20,139 nucleotides of DNA, taken from positions 411,947 through 432,085 of the forward strand of contig JBGARZ010000009.1 of NCBI GenBank assembly GCA_044229975.1. The letters are read 5' to 3'. Below are positions 15,039-20,139 of this stretch, piece after piece. Below the pieces are notes generated by a model. It was not told the DNA's origin. It did no database searches and saw only the letters and a program-made list of their open reading frames with translations. Made by a program: the position numbers and the translations under genes. Origin of the DNA: Polyangiales bacterium. GTDB taxonomy: Bacteria; Myxococcota_A; Polyangia; Polyangiales; Ga0077539. How positions within the stretch are numbered: position 1 is the stretch's first letter; each line of letters begins with the position of its first letter.

Positions 15039-15127
15039 CGGGGCAGGAAGGTAGTCGCGGCGGCGGGCGACCGTCTACCCGGGACGGACCCTCCGATGCG
15101 CCACCACCCACGCGACCCGCCGACCCT

Positions 15128-15325
15128 TCACTTCCGACCGCGCTTCTCGTACGCCCCGATCATCGCTTTCAGCTTCACCGCCCGCGCCTCGCTCGCGCCC
15201 CGCGTGTGCCGCGTCGAGACGATCGCCAGCGCGATCTCGTACGCGGCCAGCACCGCGGCGAGGCCCGCAGCGATGGTGGCAGCGATCGGAGCGGTCGGAG
15301 CAGCGGTAGTGGTTCGCTTCATCAT
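15128..15325 (-). CDS. Possible small membrane protein (65 aa, MMKRTTTAAPTAPIAATIAAGLAAVLAAYEIALAIVST...EKRGRK). A plus-strand ORF 15096..15398 is a competing reading of the same positions.
   Basis: High third-position GC, but the third positions coincide with the plus frame. The plus ORF's TGA overlaps the fic ATG as ATGA. Neither has a good Shine-Dalgarno sequence. Confidence 0.2.
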   Translation of the reverse strand: MMKRTTTAAPTAPIAATIAAGLAAVLAAYEIALAIVSTRHTRGASEARAVKLKAMIGAYEKRGRK

Positions 15326-15346
15326 CAATGTGCTCAAGGTCCGCTG

Positions 15347-15370
15347 GGCGACGCTACCCGACGCGTCGCC
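15347..15370. promoter_or_regulatory. 8-bp inverted repeat GGCGACGC-n8-GCGTCGCC 25 bp upstream of the fic ATG. An adjacent GCGATacgATCGC repeat follows. Candidate operator.
   Basis: Seen in the sequence, in the 5' region of the Fic gene. Confidence 0.2.
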
Positions 15371-15394
15371 GTGTCGCGATACGATCGCCGCTCG

Positions 15395-16636
15395 ATGATC
15401 TTCGCGGCGCGACAGCTCCCATGGTCCGTGGTCGACCCGGCGGGCATCCCCTTCGACCCGGCGCCCGCGTACGCCATCGCCCGCAAGCACTTCGCGGCGT
15501 TGTCTTCCACCGACCGCGTCCACGCCGCCCACGGTCACTACCACCTCGACCTCGACCTCATCACCCACTACGGCGCCTGGGCCTCCGGCTGGGACTGGAC
15601 CTCCTCCTACGGCGGCCCCCTCTCCCCTCCCGACGCCACCGACCACGCCGACGCCTGGGTCCAGCGCACCGTCACCTCGCTCGTGCGCTGGCGAGAGTTT
15701 CTCGAAGAGCTCGCCCTGCTCCAGATGTCCCTTCGCGAAGAGACCGACGGCCTCCCGCTCGCAGACCGCATCGAGCACGCCGCCGCCCGCTACCTCCCGC
15801 TCGTGCTCGACCTCACCGGCGCCACCGCCGAATGGTATGTGACCTTCAAGGTCGCCTTGCGATGGCACGTCGAGTCGCTCGGCGTCGTCGACCCGCGCGT
15901 CGCACGCGTCATCGGTGACGTCGTCTCGGGTGTGTTCGAGAGCTGGTGCGCTCCGTCGAGCGCCACCGCCGCGTCGACGTGCGCCGAGCTCGGACTCCGC
16001 GTCGGCGAACTGAACGCGAGCCCCGTCAAACTCGGCGACGCCCTCGCCCGCTGGTGGACGCGACGCGCCGAGACCACCTGGCACAAGCCCCGCTCACGAC
16101 AACCTGGTCCCGTCACCACCGACGGACACCGCGCCTTCATCGAGCGACGCGACGCCGCCCGCTCGGCCGATCGCGCCCGCCACATGAACGACGCGCTCAC
16201 GTTCATCCGGGCGGAGGCCAACGCGCAGCGACCGCTCTCGTGGACGATGCTCCGCGAGGCGCAGCGACACGTGCTCGGCGTTGCGTCGGTGGACTTTCGC
16301 GACGGCGACGCCTTCGCCCACCACGGGCGCGAGCGCTACGCCCTCGGCGCCGACACCTTCGAACGCTTCGAGAACTGCCTCGCCAACGCAGCCCGCCCGT
16401 CGCTCCCGCCGCTCGCGAGGGCAGCGCGCGTGTACCTCGACGTCTGCTTCGTGCACCCCTTCGCCGACGGCAACGCCCGCGCCGCGCGCCTCGCGCTCGA
16501 CCACGTGCTCACCACCGCCGGGCTCGCGCTGCACACCGCGGAGCCGGTGTTTCTCCTACCGCGCCGCGCCGACGACCCGATGAACGGCGCCAACCTGATG
16601 TACCTGCTCGATCAGCTCTCGAGTCCGACCCGCTGA
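15395..16636 (+). CDS. Fic/Doc family protein, a putative AMPylase/adenylyltransferase. It carries a variant active-site motif, HPFADGNARAAR.
   Basis: C-terminal 'DVCFVHPFADGNARAARLALDHVL' matches the Fic signature HPFx[DE]GNGRxxR with the second Gly replaced by Ala. ATG at 15395. The upstream part of supplied ORF 15206..16636 is Arg/Gly junk. The ~300 aa N-terminal region is unrecognised. Confidence 0.7.
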   Translation: MIFAARQLPWSVVDPAGIPFDPAPAYAIARKHFAALSSTDRVHAAHGHYHLDLDLITHYGAWASGWDWTSSYGGPLSPPDATDHADAWVQRTVTSLVRWREFLEELALLQMSLREETDGLPLADRIEHAAARYLPLVLDLTGATAEWYVTFKVALRWHVESLGVVDPRVARVIGDVVSGVFESWCAPSSATAASTCAELGLRVGELNASPVKLGDALARWWTRRAETTWHKPRSRQPGPVTTDGHRAFIERRDAARSADRARHMNDALTFIRAEANAQRPLSWTMLREAQRHVLGVASVDFRDGDAFAHHGRERYALGADTFERFENCLANAARPSLPPLARAARVYLDVCFVHPFADGNARAARLALDHVLTTAGLALHTAEPVFLLPRRADDPMNGANLMYLLDQLSSPTR

Positions 16637-16814
16637 GAGCCGGGGGTCTCGCGGCTTCGGTACGACGCGCGACGGTCACGCCCGCAGTCACCAGGGCCCA
16701 CGCCGCAGCGTCAGCGCGGCGCGCAACGGTCGGGACCGCAGTCACCGTCGACTGCCAACGTTGTGGGTGCGCGCCGCGCTCACCGCCCCGTACCAGCCCC
16801 CAGCGATCCCCCCG

Positions 16815-17357
16815 CTACGGATCCGGCGGGCGCAGCACCGGGCTCAGCACGCCGTCGTAGACCCGCGCGTCGACGCTCCCGTGGCAGGTGTTGCACCCGA
16901 TGCCGTCGGCCGCCCCGTACGGGTCGTCGAGACCCGTCCGCGGATTGAGCCCGCGCGCCACGATCACCACCCGCCCCCGCGCATCGATCCGCAGCCGGAA
17001 GAACTCCCACCCCACGTTGCCGCGCGCGTTGTAGCCGCCCGACCGCTTCACCGACGCGAACACCTGCCACGTCGTCGGGTCACCGCGCTCCAGCGTTCGC
17101 ACGATGATCGTCCCCGTCTCGAAGGTCCGCGACTCGGGGCGGCGCGGGATGTTCACGTACGCGTACTGCTCCGGGCCCTCCAGGTGGCCGCCCGCCGAGA
17201 AGCGCCCGAGGGAGGTGCGGCGCCACCGGCGGAAGCCCTCGAAGTCCTGCGTGAAGGCCACGAAGCTCGTGCGCGGCCGACCCGCGTCGGCCCTGGTCGA
17301 TCGCGGCGATCGGCACGCCACCGCGAGCAGCGCCAGCAGCAGCGCCGCGCGCCTCAC
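16815..17357 (-). CDS. Periplasmic c-type haem protein, cytochrome P460 / cytochrome c'-beta-like (about 180 aa).
   Basis: Signal peptide 'RRAALLLALLAVAC'. 'VGWEFF' block and a single CxxCH ('GIGCNTCHG') near the C-terminus, as in the P460 family. GTG start at 17357 lies 1 nt after the upstream TGA. The supplied TTG start at 17417 would overlap the upstream gene by 59 nt. Confidence 0.45.
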   Translation of the reverse strand: MRRAALLLALLAVACRSPRSTRADAGRPRTSFVAFTQDFEGFRRWRRTSLGRFSAGGHLEGPEQYAYVNIPRRPESRTFETGTIIVRTLERGDPTTWQVFASVKRSGGYNARGNVGWEFFRLRIDARGRVVIVARGLNPRTGLDDPYGAADGIGCNTCHGSVDARVYDGVLSPVLRPPDP

Positions 17358-17358
17358 C

Positions 17359-18852
17359 TCAGAACGCGCCCGACGTGGGGAACTCCCGCGCACACCGCTC
17401 GCGCACGTCTTGAGCAACCGTGCCCGCGGCCGGCAGCGTCGGCGGGGTCATGAAGGGCGGGTTCTCGAAGTCGAACATGTCCGTCGGGACGTTGGCGTTG
17501 GCGTCGCGGCGGGTGAGCGCCGGCAACCCGAAGCGCGCCTCGATGAAGCGCAGGATGGACCCGTGGTCGAAGGTGCGGTGCGACACGAAATGCCGCCGCG
17601 CGTACGGAGACACCACCATGAACGGGACCCGCACCCCGTAGCGGTCGAAGCGCCCGTCGGCGGGCATGCCGTTGATGCGCGGCGTGAGGTCGTCGGGCTC
17701 GCACGCGGCGGGAGGCGCCACGTGGTCGGCGAAGCCGCCGTGCTCGTCGTACACGAGGAAGAGCGCGCTGCGACGCCAGAGGGGAGAGCCCATGAGCGAG
17801 CGGACGATGCGCTCGACGAAGCGCTCGCCGTTCATCGGGATGCCCGGCGGGTGCTCGTCGACGCGCTCACCGCCGTCGCCCTGGTAGTTGGGCTCGACGA
17901 TGGTGACGGGGGGGAGCGTTCCGGCCGCGAGGTCGCGGTGCAGGTCTTCGATGGTGCCGTAGTTGTTGCGCGTCGCCCCGCGCACGATGCCGTAGTACGG
18001 GAAGAACCCGAGCATCCGGGCGCCGCCCGCGTAGTCCTTCCAGGCGATGCCCGCCGCGTCGAGCGAGCCGAAGAGGTGGCCCACCGGGGTGTTGCGCGTG
18101 TCCTGCGAGATGAGCGTGTTATGCGCGAGCCCGAAGGACGTCCCCGCCATCAGGTACATGCGGTTGGGCCCGGTGGGACCGAGCAGCGAGCAGAAGTACC
18201 GGTCGCCGATCGCGAAGGTCGTCGCGAGCGAATAGTAGAAGGGGATGTCGCTCTGATCGAAGTAGGTCAGACCGCGCTCACCGTCGGGGTCGTTGGTGGT
18301 GACGAAGCCGTCCATGCGGCCGTTGTTGTACTGGCGATGAACGGAGTTCCACCCGTGGGCGACGTCCTCGATGCACCGCTGGGTGTCGTGGTGGAAGAGC
18401 ACCGGCGCGCCCGCCGCCGTGGGGTTGGACCAGTCCGCCGCCGCCACGTCGACGTCGGTCTGACCGGCCGCCGGCAACCGGCTGAAGTAGTGATCGAAGG
18501 AGCGGTTCTCCTGCATCACCACGATGATGTGGTCGATGGGCATCTGGTCGCCGATGGGAACCTCACGCCCCACCGTCTCCGCCGCCCACGCGCCGCGCCC
18601 GAAGGTGCACGCCTGCCGCTGCGTCGCCCGCGCTTCGTCCGTCTCGGTGCGCGTGATGGGCGGCGGCCGAACGTAGTCCGGCGGCGGCGCGTCGACGGGC
18701 TCCTTGCCGATGTCCTCGGACACATCGAGGGCGGCGGACACATCCGCCACCGCCGCATCCGCGGGAGGCGTCGCCGCGTCCTCGGTACAGCCGGCCAGGA
18801 GCGCAGGGATCACCAATGCGAGACAGCGCGCGCGCGACATGGTCGGGACCAT
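17359..18852 (-). CDS. Phosphoesterase of the phospholipase C / acid phosphatase AcpA family. Lipoprotein.
   Basis: 'VVMQENRSFDHYFS' signature of the PLC/AcpA phosphoesterase family. Size of about 500 aa is closer to AcpA than to PlcH. Signal peptide 'MSRARCLALVIPALLAGC' with lipobox LLAGC. An ATG at 18852 (MVPTMSRAR...) has GAGGG 10 nt upstream. An alternative ATG is at 18840. Confidence 0.8.
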   Translation of the reverse strand: MVPTMSRARCLALVIPALLAGCTEDAATPPADAAVADVSAALDVSEDIGKEPVDAPPPDYVRPPPITRTETDEARATQRQACTFGRGAWAAETVGREVPIGDQMPIDHIIVVMQENRSFDHYFSRLPAAGQTDVDVAAADWSNPTAAGAPVLFHHDTQRCIEDVAHGWNSVHRQYNNGRMDGFVTTNDPDGERGLTYFDQSDIPFYYSLATTFAIGDRYFCSLLGPTGPNRMYLMAGTSFGLAHNTLISQDTRNTPVGHLFGSLDAAGIAWKDYAGGARMLGFFPYYGIVRGATRNNYGTIEDLHRDLAAGTLPPVTIVEPNYQGDGGERVDEHPPGIPMNGERFVERIVRSLMGSPLWRRSALFLVYDEHGGFADHVAPPAACEPDDLTPRINGMPADGRFDRYGVRVPFMVVSPYARRHFVSHRTFDHGSILRFIEARFGLPALTRRDANANVPTDMFDFENPPFMTPPTLPAAGTVAQDVRERCAREFPTSGAF

Positions 18853-18898
18853 ACCAGAGACCCTCGTGACGGAGTCGTGACGACGCGCCGTCGTTGCG

Positions 18899-20086
18899 TC
18901 AGCGCACCTCGACCCCAAGGGCCTGCCCCGCGCGCACCATCCGCTCGGCCAACGAACCCGCGCGGTCGGGGTCGGACTCCTCACCCAGAAACCCGTGCAA
19001 CGCACCGTAGGCCGTGGCGCGCTGCGCGGCGGTGGGGGCATCGGGGTTCCAGCCCGGCGGTACGGGCGGGAGCGCGTCGCCGGGCAGCGCGTCGTACCGC
19101 GCCTCGATGGCCGCGAGCCGCGCGTCGATGGTCGTTGCCATCGCCTCGTGACCGGCGTCGCGGAGCCACGGTCGGAAGCACGCGAAGAGCGCCCGTCCCC
19201 CGTGGAGGTTGGCGCGCATGTCCGCGAGCGTGCGACGCGCGTACCGCGACTCCTCCTCGGCCGTGGCCGCGAGGTCGATCTTCTCGTGCTGCTCGCGCAT
19301 CGACGACACCACGCCGCGGTACGCCGCCGCCGGGTCGAGCGCGAGCGGGCCGAACGCCCTCCGCATCGCGGCGATGTCGTCGATGACCCGTCGCACGAGG
19401 CCGTCGCGAAAACCCGCCGCCTCGCGCGCGTCGCCCGGATACGACGGCGCCACGTACACGCTGCCCTCTCGCAGCGATCGCTCGAAGGCGAGCACCTCGG
19501 GCGCCACCTCGTCGGCCCACAGGATGCGCTCGATGGCGTGCATCCCGGTGACGCCGACGCCGTCGAAGGGGTCGGGGTCGAGGCCGCCTTCCGCGAAGCC
19601 CTCGTAGCGCGCGTCGATGACCACGTCGGTCTCCGGGAAGAGCACCACCACGCCGGCCTCGATGTGCTCGTAGGCGTCGCGCATGCGCCCCCACGCCGCG
19701 CGCATCCGACGGACGGAGGCGGCGTCGGCGCGGGCGTTCCAGCCGTCGGCGTCGGGGGCGGGCGCGGCAGCGTGGAGGTCGCGCGCGGCGGTCTCCAGCG
19801 CGGCCATCTCGGTCGCGAGGTACGCCTTCACCTCCAGCGTCACGCGCTCGGCGGGAGAGAGCCGCGCGGCCTCGCCGCCGAGGGTCGCGACGAGCCACAG
19901 CGCGAGCCACGCCACCGCCGCGAGGCGCAGCCATTTGCGGGGAGCCTTCACAGTCGCGGCGACCGCTTCCGGACCGGGGTTGGTCGCGTCCCGCGCCTGC
20001 ACCCCGGGCAAGCGATCGGCATAGGGGCGGCCCCTCCGTGAGGAGGAGCCGACCCCTGCCACACCACCGGACAAGCGGGTCCGCAT
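18899..20086 (-). CDS. Imelysin-like (peptidase M75 / IrpA-EfeO-type) periplasmic protein.
   Basis: 'GVTGMHAIERILW' matches the imelysin GxHxxE signature. N-terminal signal/anchor 'WLRLAAVAWLALWLVATLGG'. The start is uncertain: ATG at 20086 or an in-frame GTG near 19950. Stop TGA at 18899-18901. It lies 46 nt upstream of the phosphoesterase gene. Confidence 0.45.
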   Translation of the reverse strand: MRTRLSGGVAGVGSSSRRGRPYADRLPGVQARDATNPGPEAVAATVKAPRKWLRLAAVAWLALWLVATLGGEAARLSPAERVTLEVKAYLATEMAALETAARDLHAAAPAPDADGWNARADAASVRRMRAAWGRMRDAYEHIEAGVVVLFPETDVVIDARYEGFAEGGLDPDPFDGVGVTGMHAIERILWADEVAPEVLAFERSLREGSVYVAPSYPGDAREAAGFRDGLVRRVIDDIAAMRRAFGPLALDPAAAYRGVVSSMREQHEKIDLAATAEEESRYARRTLADMRANLHGGRALFACFRPWLRDAGHEAMATTIDARLAAIEARYDALPGDALPPVPPGWNPDAPTAAQRATAYGALHGFLGEESDPDRAGSLAERMVRAGQALGVEVR

Positions 20087-20139
20087 CCGGCGGTTCGGAC
20101 GGTTGAGGTCACCTCCGTAGCCTCCACAACCCGAGGCTG

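Noticed and set aside
17104-19386. The 760-aa plus ORF 17104..19386 and ORFs 18981..19934(-) and 18995..20041(+).
   Set aside because: They are antisense or out of frame with the phosphoesterase and imelysin genes. Their products are Arg-rich with no motifs.
1-20139. tRNA, rRNA, CRISPR array, transposase or integrase.
   Set aside because: I saw no T-loop/acceptor pattern (GGTTCGAATCC-like), no regularly spaced short repeats and no recombinase motifs. The inverted-repeat elements lack any internal ORF.

Overview
This 20.1 kb window is very GC-rich (about 70%) and codon third positions are strongly biased to G/C, so nearly every frame is open. Most of the long Arg/Gly/Pro-rich ORFs in the supplied track are wrong-frame shadows. 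The gene content suggests a myxobacterium-like chromosome: many lipoproteins and signal-anchored proteins, and a eukaryote-like Ser/Thr kinase with a transmembrane segment and a proline-rich tail. I support about 20 protein-coding genes.

The left half is a loose lipid-metabolism neighbourhood: a PlsC-type acyltransferase, a hotdog thioesterase flanked by two small membrane proteins, a secreted alpha/beta-hydrolase lipoprotein (GHSQG) followed by a zinc-ribbon protein, a fatty-acid-hydroxylase/sterol-desaturase family protein, and an acyl-CoA dehydrogenase.

The right half holds the unusual material:
- A leftward operon of three genes whose start and stop codons overlap as GTGA: a secreted, membrane-anchored protein, then a ~118 aa lipoprotein, then a signal-anchored protein (B).
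- Protein B has a tandem paralogue (A). Their first ~400 bp are about 90% identical at the nucleotide level with a sharp boundary, while the C-terminal domains have diverged.
- The 670 bp between A and B is entirely large nested palindromes resembling a REP/BIME cluster.
- Paralogue A sits directly upstream of the Ser/Thr kinase.
- A Fic-family protein carries a variant active-site motif, HPFADGNAR, and is preceded by a small overlapping ORF and inverted repeats.
- A leftward operon pairs an imelysin-like protein with an AcpA/phospholipase-C-family phosphoesterase and a cytochrome P460/c'-beta-like CxxCH protein.
- Two further intergenic inverted-repeat elements of about 130 bp each are present.

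I found no rRNA, tRNA, CRISPR array, transposase or integrase.
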